Shown piece after piece: positions 28,501-40,370 of a stretch of 64,000 nucleotides of DNA. The translations under genes were made by a program, and so were the position numbers. Every line of letters starts with the position of its first letter. Positions within the stretch are counted from its first letter, which is position 1. The notes beneath the pieces were generated by a model, which made no database searches, was not told the DNA's origin, and saw only the letters and a list, made by a program, of their open reading frames with translations. The stretch is taken from assembly GCA_907165135.1 (NCBI GenBank), contig OU015569.1, positions 2,604,001-2,668,000 on the forward strand. Reading direction: 5' to 3'. This stretch comes from Oikopleura dioica. Taxonomy: Eukaryota > Animalia > Chordata.

Positions 28501-29066
28501 ATCGCGCCACTGGTCGGGAAAGTTTCTGTTCAAGTCGATTCTGTTGGCATTGTCGCGCCCGGAAGTATGGCAGTCACCTTCTCTCGACGCTTCGAACCCG
28601 TCTGGGTTCAGACTAAAGAAAACGCTCTACCTCAGCCATTAAATCAGGCCGATTTACCTGGGCATAAGATGTAGATCATAGTTATTGACGATTTCGGCAG
28701 CGACGGGATCCGTTTCGTAACCCTCCAGAAGGAACTGCGCTAGTTGGAACATTAGAGCTTTGCCGACTGTTTCGTCTCCGTGCATGTTCGCGACGCTTTT
28801 AACTCGCGGCCTTCCGGGAGTCCGTTTATGTACATTTTCTGTGATTTGAAGAACCCACAGCTCCCTGAATGAACGATTTACCACTTGTATCAAAAAGTAG
28901 AATATTACCTGTTCTGTTCGCTAGCACCTATTGAGTATAAATAGCAGAGTTCTGGATATGTCTCGTTGAGAGTCTTGAGCAACTCGGTCCCTTCTTCATG
29001 ACTGTGATAACGGAAATCGATACAGCTCGCATTCCAGGCTACTAACAGTAGTAGCCACAGATGCAT
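25535..29066 (-). CDS. CPD: Carboxypeptidase D-like membrane metallocarboxypeptidase (M14B) with two CP domains
   Basis: Signal peptide MHLWLLLLVAW. Domain 1: MHGDE, NRNFP, NLHAG, GGMEDFNY..ITIELTCCKYP. Domain 2: MHGNE, NRNFP, NLHNG, GSMQDWNY..VTVEIGCLKYP. Acidic linkers, a TM segment and a cytosolic tail follow. Confidence 0.95.
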
Positions 29067-29145
29067 CTGAATAATATACAAGTGTTAACAATAATCAAAA
29101 GAAGATATTCTAGCAACAGGCAGTATTTATTAAAAAACTTTCTTT

Positions 29146-31260
29146 TTAAAACTTTATGCTCTCGTCATCGAAGGGATGTAAAGTCTCGTCATAAATTTCA
29201 TCTGCCCACTGGTCGCCATGAAGCTCTGGATAAAAGGTAGGGAACATAGGCGGCTCCTTCGCAAAATCTAAACATCAATTGAAAATTAACGTGCTAGTTA
29301 TATTTTACGACCAACTTTACAACAAAAAAAACCCGGTAGCCTACTCTCTTTGAAATCAATTTTTTCTTTAGATATCCAATTATACCGTGGATTGATCCAG
29401 GTTTTGATTTCAACAAGAAGTTGTTAGCCCGTTCCAGCGTTAAAATAATACGCCCCCAGCGATTCCTTTTTTTCGCTGATTAATATCAAGGGAGAACATG
29501 TTAATTGGCTGAAAACATGGACCCCTTTGTTTTCGGCACTTGGAATAGTAGCGTTCTTACCAACATCGTTTTTTGTTGTTCTTGAGTCATAAACTCGTGC
29601 CCAAGAGCCAATTTCTCCAGCAACTGTGCCCAAGACCCAAATCAATTGGTGTTCAGTATTCATCCTAAGCACTTTTCGACCCCAAAACACCGTGTCAGCG
29701 CCTCCCAGCTGGCCGGGCCCTCTTCTACCCTTGAGCGGTCGGCCAGACAGCTCGTTGTACCAATTCGGCAAGTTGACTTTCGTATTTCCTCGCGCTCCAG
29801 CGGAGCCTACTTTTCTGTGATTTCCCCATCTTCCTGGACTCAATCGCATGTGATACTTTCGGTAAAATGGAGATTTGCCATTTTGCTTCTTGTGGTACCT
29901 CTAAATCATCAATAAGCATCTTTCATTAAAATTTAAAAATAAATAAAGCAAATAAGCGCCAAATTAAATCAAAAACTTGATTGCGGCTACTATCGACCGT
30001 AGGATATTCCGGAGAAATCTACCTATTAACCTATTACAGTCAGGTCGTACGCCGGTGCGCCTGTTCCCAGGGAACGAGACGGTTGTGATACAATCACAGA
30101 CCTACGCCCAGTCGTGTTCAGTTTAACCCAGCGGACGGAGATCCAAGTGCAAGCGAGGAAATCCCGGGGAGAGTGGTGACCAACCCATTGGCAATAGGAC
30201 CGACCAGGAGCGGAAACGAATGCGCAAGTGATTCAAGAAACCGGATCTAACACAGTTTTTTATTGGGAGCGAGAATCGAACGCATTGTTCGTGGGAAACC
30301 CCTTACTGAGCATTGTGTGTAAGTGGCGGTCCGATCTCGGGATTCGAACCGCAGACCCCTGTAGCGGGGTGCCGCGGTCGGTAAGGTCGTACCCCTCCGC
30401 TAGATACGACCCGACTGGGCGTGCCTGGCGACCGGTTATAAGCCGGGAACTCGGCGCTTATCAAAAATGACATCTTAGATGTAAAAATCTATGGTTTTTT
30501 TCGAAACGAAGACTTTCAAAAAGAGAGTCGCTTTAGCTTTAAAACTTACAGTAACAACATCTACTTCTCCAAAGTCGACGGATTTGATAACGACATCAAC
30601 GTACTGCCCAACGTGAAAGTGCTGGACATGAAGTGGAGTTCCAGGCTGGAGTCGTGCATTTTCCGTGACTGGGAATCGAGCTAGATGGGCTTTAGGCGTC
30701 ACTCCCGCATCAAGACAGTATTGGGTGTAGTTTTCGTTCTTTAGAAAAGGCTTGCCAGTGCCAGCGCCGACAATGACAGCGCCAGTGCGGCCGTTGAACT
30801 CGTGCTTCGGAAAGTACTTGATAACGTGGCAGTTTTGGACTTGCAAAATCGTGCTAAAAATTGTTCAGTTTTATGAGTTTAAACTTTGATAGACCGCCAG
30901 TAAGATAAATGGCCTTTGTAAAACACGAAAACTGACCTTACAACGCGAGTTCCATCACGCAGCCACATTGGCTGAACACCAATCTTCTTCATAACCATTC
31001 CTGTTCTTCGACTCCCAGTTTTGTATTTATAAATTGGCCATCTAGAGTTTTCTTCGCCGACTATATTCTCCTGGATTGTTCGTTCTCTCTCCTCCGCCGC
31101 GTAGCTCTTCTTCTCGTCGAAGATTGAGTTCAAAAAGTGGCGATTTTCGTAGGAAAGAGAAGCGTCCCACTTTGAAGCGGATTTGGGAAGACGAGACATT
31201 GGCATGAAGTTTTCAGTGTTGCGGACATAGCCTCCCAGAGAATTTGCTCGAGTTTTTTCC
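29146..31260 (-). CDS. MRPL3: Mitochondrial ribosomal protein uL3m
   Basis: SRRTGMVMKKIGVQPMW, PGTPLHVQHFHVGQYVDV, RPLKGRRGPGQLG, LIWVLGTVAG and C-terminal PMFPTFYP...IYDETLHPFDDESIKF. Start codon position approximate. Confidence 0.92.
29982..30472 (-). mobile_element. Solo-LTR-like insertion (~490 bp) in the 649-nt MRPL3 intron (29901-30549)
   Basis: GC-rich block in an AT-rich intron with TG...CA ends. In minus orientation it contains TTATAA, AATAAA and a GGTTCGAATCCC B-box-like motif. No clean TSD and no ORF. Confidence 0.5.
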
Positions 31261-31429
31261 TGAAAGCAGGGAAATTATGCTTTGGTTAAATTTTCATCGG
31301 CATTATTTTTCTCTTTTGGTGAAAACGCCAATTATTGGTCTTATCAGCGAGAAATACAAGTGTTATTTTAATTTTGAACAAGAAGGAAATAATTGATAAG
31401 CTTATCGCTAGTTAGTACCCGAGGCCAGA

Positions 31430-32070
31430 CTAGCCAGAAATGGGAATAATTGAGCAGTTGGAATCTGAACTTACGTTGAAGCGGTATGCGCCGGAGCGGA
31501 GGTGAATATACTCCTCCACTGGTGGAATATAAATTCTTTTCTTCCGGTCATCAAAGTGTCCCTTTTTTCGCAAGGAGTTTACTTTGGAGGGAGCAAATTT
31601 AAATGGTTCTTTGGGGATCAAACAATCGCAACATGGATGGAAAATTCGAGGATAAATCAAACTATCAAAAATGGCTGCCCAACAATAAATAAAATAACAG
31701 CGACATCGAGTCGGTACGGTATTTAAAGAAAAAGTCGAGATTCAAATTTATTAGTAAAATGTAGACGAGTTCTCTTCTGCCATGAACTAGCACAGATTCC
31801 CCTTTTGAGATGTTTTGCGTCGTTGTAAAGGCTGTTTTAATAATATTCGTTAATAAATTGTTTTTGATAACAGGTTTTTGACCGGTTCCTGTTGGCTTTG
31901 GCCGTCCTAAACTTCTTGTATTTCTGGTCTCCCAACGATGAATAGAAAGCTGTTTTGGAGCCAGTCAAGCCTCTACGTTCTAGCTGCGAAGTCGTGGAAA
32001 ACTGGCGCACTGGCTGCAAAGAGACATCGACAATCCTCCGCGTGAAGAATTGACCCCGACCGATCATCAA
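31430..32070 (-). CDS. Putative mitochondrial membrane protein of unknown family
   Basis: N-terminus resembles a mitochondrial presequence (MIGRGQFFTRRIV...RQFSTTSQLERR). A hydrophobic segment (YFIYCWAAIFDSLIY) follows, across three exons. Confidence 0.5.
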
Positions 32071-32736
32071 ACTCACTTCTAGGCAGAACTTCTTTTTATT
32101 CATATTCGTAACCTTCATAAAACACCGAAAATTTACTCTCCGAAAATTTACTCGACCGTTTGACCTTATTAACAAATGATGACAATGACCTCAGTGATTA
32201 AGTCACTCATTAGGTAATTAAGAAACATATTAGAAAAATAAATGACCTGAATGCGTTGAATCGCGGTAAACCCTGTACCGACTGTTGTTTATTCATTGTA
32301 TAAAAGTATGCAAGTGTTTTTCTCATTGAAGTAAATAGTTAAATACAGACTTTGAAAGTGAAAGAGTGAAATTTATGTTTCCAGACAGATTTCACCGAGC
32401 GTTTAAATGCACTAGAATATAAGAAATACATTTGCCTCGTTTTTTGCTGTAGTTATTCAATTGTTCAATTTTCAAAGGTGAATTCTAAGTTTCCGTTTTT
32501 TTCGTCTTCAATTGCTGCAATTCTTGAGATCGCAGTTTAAATACTGGTGTTGGGGCAGATGCAGACAGGTACAGTCAGTCTTGGTCGGACGTGGATAGAC
32601 TCTCGTGGTATTCACGCAGCCGGCGCTTGAGAAAGTTGCATCTTTTGCGAGGATTGACAATTTTGAATTTTGACATTTGAAAGAAAAAAGTTTGAAAAAG
32701 AAATATTTTGGAAGACAAGGAAGAGAACCGCTTGCT

Positions 32737-34300
32737 CTACCATTTGTTCTCTAAGTACATTTGGAACATCACCAGAGCTGCTTCGGGCTGATCCGTAGGC
32801 ACCATGTGGCCAGAGCCTTTGATCGTCACGAAGGAGAGGTATTCATACTGTGTAACGTAGCCGCCAAGTTGGAGATTTTCCCCGTCGTCTTTGTACAGCC
32901 AGGGACGCTGATCATCCAACATTCGGAAATTCAAAGACGTAGCAAAATCTCTTCCACCGAGAAAATTACATGCCATATCGATGTCACCATTGTAGATGAT
33001 CAAATGCGGCGTCTTTCCTATATTTCGGTCATAATCATTTCAAGCTTTTTAACGAGCTTTTCCTTGAATTTTGAGTGATGAAAACCGTGCCTAACTCTCT
33101 CGTGTTTCGAAAGTAATTAATTAAGTTTGCCCGGACATCTGTGTAGGTCTTTTGGTAGGCCTGGAAGACAGAATCCGAGCACACTGTCCAGTTTTTACTC
33201 GCTGGAGAGTTTTCTACATGAAGCGCTTTTACTACTTCAGGCTTTTTTGGGTTCAGGATCATTTTACTTCGGCAAGAAGGGAGGAAGTTATTCCTTCCTT
33301 CTTCCTAAAGTTTATCTTGAACCAAACCTTGTTTAGATACGTTCTAATTGCCAAGTCGCTTAAACAAGTTGGTGCCATTTGAAGCTTCTTTTTCGCATTA
33401 AAAAGTCGCCTCACTTGTTCTGGAGCAGAATCGGCGATAAGCTGGCGCGTTTGGAACTCATTTTTTGTCACACATCGGGCGTAAATGTTATACCAGTTGA
33501 GGCCGACCTGGAAAATGACGTTCATCACCTCTGAAGTCTGTAGCGCGCAGATGTCGCTAATCTCTGGGTCATAGAACTCGCACTGTTCGGTAATGTTTTT
33601 GCAGCAATCGCTAAGGACGTTCTTCCAAAGACTAGGGGGTATCAGACCGTGTCCGTTCGCGAAATGGATCATGGTGTTGTAGTTGATGCCGTAGTCGAAC
33701 ATGCCGTTGCCGATTAAGGCTCCATCGAGGATGTTTTTGAACGTAGTGTGGCTGGAAAGCGCTTCCAAAAGCAGCGAAATGTAAATGCCGGCGTAAGACT
33801 CGCCAGTGAGGATCAACGGCTTGGAAGAATAGGCAGGGAACTTTTCGATGAACTTTTCTAGCGCTTTTGTGTTGTCCCTTGTTGTGCTTTTGTCGCCAAT
33901 GAACGTTTCGTCCGCCCGATTATCTGAGTAAGTAAAACCAACGTCGACAGGAGACTCGAGATAGAGAATCGAGACATTTTTCGACCAAGCAAATTGATTG
34001 TCCACCAGGCTTCCGTCCTTATGAACTCTGAAGGGACCATTTTCTGTCAAGAAACCGTCCATAGACGAGCATCCCGGACCGCCGTTCAACCAAAGAGCCC
34101 ATTTTTCCGTCCCGTTTCTTTCTACAAAAACGTAGTGGTAGTGTTTAGCTTCAAAGTTGAGGAAGCCAGAGTATAAGGTGAAGTTTTTCGTTGACAAGTC
34201 GATTCCGGGCAGGGATGAAACCAGATCGTCCTCTGCTGATGAATCCTCGAGAGGACTGGAAAACTTCCGTGTGTTCAGTTTTATTAATTTGCTTCATGGG
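32737..34300 (-). CDS. CTSA: Cathepsin A / lysosomal protective protein (serine carboxypeptidase S10)
   Basis: LYSGFL, LWLNGGPGCSS, ESPVDVGFTY, GESYAG (Ser), NGDIDMACN (Asp) and GSGHMVP (His). First exon unresolved. Confidence 0.95.
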
Positions 34301-34979
34301 TCAACGAAAGTAATAAGCGGCAATCGATTTCGAATAATTGGAGATTTAAAAGTTAAAAATAATTCGTTTAACAAAAACCATACTCTAATATGATCGATGA
34401 TAATCTTTACGATCTTATGAAAGAGGTCAAAAATAATCAGATGTTCCCTAGAGCGATCGCAGTAGAGAGTGTCCCCGAGAATTTTGGTTAATTCTTTCGG
34501 TATAAATAGTATTGATGGAACATTTTTTACCAGTCAAATGACCTCTAAAATTTTTGAACAAATATTAAATAAACCAGAAAAAACAGTATTTTGATTTATT
34601 CAGTATAAATAAATGAAGCGGCGCGCTCACAGACCTGATATTGACCTTTCACTCTTTAATTCTGGTGAAGCCATTTTTCTTTGAAGAGCGACCCTCGCTC
34701 TGTAAATAAAAAGAAAAAGAACACGTTCCTTGAGTTTTTCAGCGAAAGTTTCTGCAAGAATGAGAAGAAAGAAAGGAGGGCTGAGTATCTTCATAGTTTC
34801 TCAAAAGAAAAAGATCGTCGATCGTCAAAAAGAAAGAGCCTTATTAGGTCAGAAATAGAGAGAGTGCGCGGCACGATCGATTAACTGATCGCCATAACAA
34901 TACACACACGCGCGGGCGCACCCTAATCCACGTCGTAAGCTCACTTTTTTCCAACACGCAATAGATAGATGGAACATCC

Positions 34980-37900
34980 TCATGGGTCACGTAGTAGCTT
35001 TAAAAAATATAGATTTGTCAATCCATTCCTTTGGTGCGTTTCTTGATACTCGCGGACGTTTTTCAAGTAGCCGTCTTTGACACATTGTCGGTACTCTTGA
35101 ATCACTTGTTCTCTTATCGACTCGTAAGGCTCTGTTCCTTCGGTAAGGCGGCTCATCTCGCCCTGCAGCTTCTCGAACTTGGCGGCGATCTTCGAGTTCT
35201 GCTCTTTGAGCACGTGGAAACGGGCAAAATCCTCGTCGTATTTCGCACGGTAGGCTGACTCCGCATCTGGTGATTTCAACGCTGGGTACTTTCTGAAGTC
35301 CAACGTTAGTCCAAGATTCTTTAAAAGAACCGCGATTCTGATTTGTGACTGACTAATTTTCGCTGAAATTCCGAATGATACCAAAGTAGAATTAATGCTG
35401 AAAACCGAGAAGCTGCTTGCAGCTTCGAGTAAGATTAAACTTACGCCGCACGAGGCGCGGCTTCACTGTCTTAATTTTCTCGAAGCCGCAAGCGCCCTCT
35501 AGGTTGTCAGCAGTTATTCTAGTAGTAATTCTTAGTAACGATCGGAATTCCAGCGAAAATTAGTCAACAATGAGATTCATCATTTCGTTTTTGCTTCTTC
35601 GCAATTATAATTTACCGTTCTAGCTCGATCTTGAGAGCGTCGAGGAAATTCGAGCTCAGACCCGATTTCTTTCCATTTTCGAGGATCTCCTCTTGGGAAA
35701 GTGTTCGATGCTTCTTTGGCCTCTTTGAATCGCGACTTGACTCTCTCGGTTTTCGTTTTGCCTTTTCTCTGTTCTCTTTGGCGAGTTTGTATTTGTTGAG
35801 CAGGTCGTCCTTGGCCGTCTTTCCGGATTCGACTCTGGAGGAGTTCATCTTGCTTAGCGAGTTGGAGTTCGAGCTGTCACGGGAGTCGTGACTCTCGCGG
35901 TACTCTCTTTCTGGATTCTGAATGGACACCCTGTCCGAAGCCGTCTCAGAGTCGCGCTCTTCAGGGGTAGACGAGGAAGAGATGGACAGACCGGGGGACT
36001 GGCGATTCAGCGGCTACAAATCTAATTATGAGAGTTCCTCTTTTTTGTTTTCCTCAATTCCTTATTGTTCCTTATTCAAAATGGACTTACCATTGCTTTG
36101 CTCGACTGGGCGGGAGAGGTAGTGTCAGGTGAAATAACCCTTCTTGTTTTCGAATTGAAGGAATTTTCACTTGTGCGGCTAAAATAAAATAAAAAAATAG
36201 AGCAATTAGTCGACTGGATCCAAGCCAAGATGAATTAGATGCTCGAATTGATAGACTCTATCGATTTGATCCCTTTTCAGGGTCAAGGAGGGGAAATCAA
36301 TTTAAAAGCTCCGATAAATAAAATGCGACGAGCAGAGTTTTTAGGGGAGACATCGGGAATCCAGCTTTTCGGATGGACTTTTCTCCGATTTCATTCACGA
36401 AAAGAAAGTTTAAACTCTTTTGAGTTAACGGCAGAAAGACCCTTAATTTTTACCTTCACTGAAAAAAAGTTAACTCGAAAACTCAATTCGCGATGTCTTC
36501 CCCTTTAGTAAAGATTACCTACTTTCTGCAGGCGCCTTGACTTTGCTACTTGACTTGCAACTTGTATGGTCTCTGTTACTGCAAGATTTATTGCTGTCTT
36601 GAAACGGGCCTGCTTTGCTCCTGAAAACGCGAATGTCAAAACACAAAAATTGTCAAAAATTGTCAGTTCTGTGAATGGCACGCTTCTGAAAATGTCACAA
36701 TTGCGAGATGAAGACACTGTTGATAAGGCGATCTTTCTTTTTCGTTGGCTGTACCTGTTGTTGTCTGAAGCTGGGTAAAAGTCGTCCTCGAGCGGCGTTT
36801 CCGGTCGGATTTGACTTGCTCTGGGCTTGGGTTTCTCGTAAGGCTGGAAGCCGGCTTCCTTGACTTTGGCGATGATGTTCCTGTCCTGCTCCTTCTTGTA
36901 TCCAGGCCACTGAGGATCCAGTTTCATCTTTCGCCCTAGCTTTCAATTTCGTCTTCATCAGAGCGCTAGATCCTCGAGTAAAACATCATAAAACTCATTA
37001 AAACTGTATCTAACTATATTTTTGAGCCCTTCTCATAGCCACCTTACATGTTTTCCCCTTCGATCGACCCTCATTCAACGGAGGATCGTGGTACTTTCGG
37101 AGGTCAATCATGCAGAGGTGAAGAAGAAAAACGGACAGGTTAATTAGTGTCGTTTGATTATCCAGTCTTTGGACCAAATTCGAACGTCATCAGTGCCTTC
37201 GCCAACAAAATATATATCGAGGAGGTATTAAAATTGGGATTTAGTATTTCCCAGCTAATCGGATCTAAGTAGAGTGATGACCTTAATTATTTGTCGATGA
37301 GAACTGTTTTTACGAATCGCAAATCTTATCGGACCAATATTTTTCACCAAGACAAACCATAAGTGCAATTAGAGCTTATCAAAACGCTAATTAACTATCC
37401 AATCACAACGTTTACTCAAAAAAGGCGAGTAAGTTTTTCACCTACAGGGACTCCACCTGTTAGGGGACTGTGAATCTCGCCCAAAGTGAAACTCTGTGTT
37501 TAACCAGACGTTGGTTCCGTTAATTGAGCTACTGTCTTAGCAACATATAGACAGACTAATAATAATTTAAGATGAAAGCCGTTCATAAGAATCTTCAGTG
37601 AGATACCAGCACTTGTTCTTTTCCAAAGTCGCGACGCATTCCAGTGCCGCCTTGACTTCCTTCGCTTCTGGGCCGTTGATCAAGTTTCGTTTGGAGAGCT
37701 CCTCTTTCAACTTCTTGTCCTGGTACTTTCCGTTGTTGAGCGCTAGAATGTGGATGACGCGTTTTTTCAAGTCTCCGTAGGTGCTCGACGTGATCGGCGG
37801 CGGCGTCGTCGTCCTCGAAGCAGCTGGTTCCGGCCCTGGGTGTCGAATCGCCTTGTTCCTTTCTCGCTCTTTCAGATACTTCGGCGCCCCGGTCTTTTTC

Positions 37901-38590
37901 ATCGGATCCTTTCGCTTTAGCTCTTGCGCCGTCGACGCTTTCTTTGCTTCTTCCACTTTTTTCATGCTTTCTTTCGCTTTGTTGAATGAGTCCTAGACTT
38001 TTTTAAATATGGGTATCTCTAGCGCTTTATCACTCGGCAACCTGTATAGAAACCTGAATCAGGGTCCTGAAAAAACTTGTCATCTCAATCTTTTTTCATT
38101 AAAGAAGCCCTAAAGCGGCTTTTTCCTAAAGATCTTTCAGGACCAGACACAGGTTTCTACACATGTTAACGAGTCTAGTAAACACTACCATCAATTGTTT
38201 CCTTTCAGTATAAAGTCTACCTTAATACTGGCATCCATCTTGTAGCTCTGGGAGATGCCACCGTAATCGTAAACGAAGTCATCAGTTTTGGTGTGCGAGT
38301 AGACAAGGCTGTTCTTGTTGATTTGCGACTTGGCGGAGAAGGTCTTTGGCGGCTGGTTCTTGTCCAAAATCAACTGGCCTTCTTTGCCACTCTTTTCAAA
38401 CTTGATTTTCAGCTTCCGTTTGAGTACGGCTTCCTGCAGCGCTTCCAGAGTTCCGTCCGTCAGAGTGAGCTGAAAAGAGACGATCAACGGGGCAAAGAGG
38501 ATGGATCAAAAGTACCTCGTAGACCTCGAAACGATCCGTGTCCGTGGGGCAGTGATCTCTGATGCTTAGGCTTTGGATCGTCTCCGCCAT
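34980..38590 (-). CDS. ELL: RNA polymerase II elongation factor ELL
   Basis: N-terminal ELL-like segment (LTLTDGTLEALQ...KIKF), central LKKRVIHILAL...W-x-GY segment, and C-terminal occludin-homology domain (KYPALKS...YRAKYDEDF...QEY). Last exon unresolved. Confidence 0.88.
36344..36503. mobile_element. 160-bp MITE in an ELL intron
   Basis: Imperfect TIR GGGGAGACATCGGGAAT / GGGGAAGACATCGCGAAT, flanked on both sides by TTTA (36340-36343 and 36504-36507). Confidence 0.65.
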
Positions 38591-38801
38591 CCTAACTTAC
38601 GAGTTCGAGTGCTGATCTTAACAAAAAAGCTATCAATAAAAGTTTTTCTTCTTGCAAAAATTTGAAAATGCAAAATTACGAAGATGAAGACTTTTTTAAT
38701 ATAATTTAAATTTTATTTTTGAGGTCAGTGAGTTTCAATGTGTGCAGCAGTGGTAGAGAAAATCGCGATAGGAAATGATGTGAAGTGTGTTTTTTAAATT
38801 A

Positions 38802-40370
38802 TCAAAACTCGTGAAGAACGTTTGGAATCTCGAGAAAGCGAGAATCGTCGCGTTCCATCACAAGTCGCTCGTAGTCCTTCAATTCTCCATTCTTGCGCGG
38901 GTCCAGCTTTACTTTCTTCACATCCGGCGCTGCAGCATCCAGGAAAGCCGCGGGGACAGCTTGTCGTTCTCTAAAATCGAAAGTTTCAGTCGTTTTGAAA
39001 TCTAAAGAAAAACTTACCTTTCGCGCTTCTTTCTTTCTTTTTCCTGCTTTTCTTTGATCCTTAATCTTTCTTGCTCGCGCTTTTGCTCTTCCAAATATTT
39101 CTACAAACAAAGTTTTCACTCTATTCAAGAACTCTTTTTATAATTTGAAGAACTCACCTTATATTCAATTTCTTCCTGCAAACTCATACCCGGAGTGACA
39201 ATAACTCCTTCAGGGTGGCTATTTTGGACAAAATTTTGGGGTCTGGCCATCCAATTTCCATCCAATATATTTTGAGTCGGAACTATCCATCCAAAATCCA
39301 ATCCAATCCAATTATTACCCAATTCCCCAAAAATCCCCAATTCCAATTAGATCCAATAGGATTTTCAATTTTTCCAAGGCTTTTAGCACTTTGAAAAGAA
39401 GGGAAACAGTAAGTTTTTATCTGAAAGGAGGATCAACATAGCCAAAACAATGATTTTTTATCCGAAATTGCTCATTTTTATCATGAAAATGACCCTCCTT
39501 TGCATAGTTTAGCGATATATTTTTTATTGGATCCAATTCCCCAATTTCCCCCAATTGCCCAATTTTCCCCAACAAAATCCGGCACCCTGGCCATCCAAAT
39601 TCCATCCAAACCTTATTGGATTGGATCCAATCCAATTCCAACTAACCCCCAAATCCAAAATAGCCACCCTGAACTCCTTCAACCTTTGGCTCGTCGTCGT
39701 CGTCCTCTTCTTCTTCTTCTTCTTGGTGCTTCGAGTAGGCATTCATCTTCTTGAAGTGTCGGCCGTTCAGGACGTAGTTCCGTCGTTTGATCTTTTTTTC
39801 GTCTGAAAAAATCGATTTTAGATTTTTTTGACTTTTGCTATTTTTTGAGTTTCTAAATAGGAAGTCGCGGACTTTTTATAAGAATGGGCCAATAAAGGCT
39901 CAAATAAAAATGTCGGACCATGAAGGCAAGAAAATGCTCTTCACATTTGTTAAAGAGCCGTTATTTGCATCAAAAGGCGGGATCGATCAAAAGAAAAAGG
40001 GTGGAGAAAAATGATCAGAAATTGTTGATCAAGAAACTTTGGAAAACTTTTGGCAACTTACATTCTTTAATTTTTGGAAGTCCCTCGAAGCCCCTGGCTC
40101 TGTACTTTTTGATCTTGTAGACACATTTGTTTTCAAACTCTACATTGTAGATGTGAACCATCTTCCTGTGTCTTCTTTCCTTGCAGAGATCATCTCTGGG
40201 CTCCCACGAGTTGTGCTTCGAAGAGTATCCCTTCCACTTGACTTGGTACTCAATGCAGGGCTCGTTGTCCGAGTCGTACTCGCGGAAGTCGAGGATCGAT
40301 TCTGCTTTCAAATTCATTATTTCACCTGTCTCTCTATCGGTTCCGGAAATTGTGGAATTCTGAAATATTG
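38802..40370 (-). CDS. Chromodomain protein with an acidic/coiled-coil C-terminal half; one exon is interrupted by a MITE
   Basis: Chromodomain signature IEYQVKWKGYSSKHNSWEPRDDL. Downstream exons join in frame only if 39208-39676 is removed. No chromoshadow domain is visible. Confidence 0.85.
39211..39671. mobile_element. 461-bp hAT-type MITE inserted in a coding exon
   Basis: Perfect 18-bp TIR CAGGGTGGCTATTTTGGA (39211-39228 / 39654-39671), perfect 8-bp TSD AACTCCTT (39203-39210 / 39672-39679) and internal CCAAT-rich subterminal repeats. Confidence 0.93.

Noticed and set aside
30340-30365. tRNA gene suggested by GGTTCGAATCCC
   Set aside because: No acceptor stem, D-arm or anticodon arm can be built, and it lies inside the LTR-like insert.
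31430-32175. Calling this gene MRPL41 or another mitoribosomal protein because of its position next to MRPL3
   Set aside because: I recognise no family motif; only the presequence-like N-terminus is supported.
39225-39660. CCAAT/GGATCCAA repeats as a CRISPR-like array or coding repeats (ORFs 39125-39806)
   Set aside because: This is a eukaryotic locus, the repeats are irregular with no spacers, and they are the subterminal repeats of the hAT MITE. The ORFs there are spurious.
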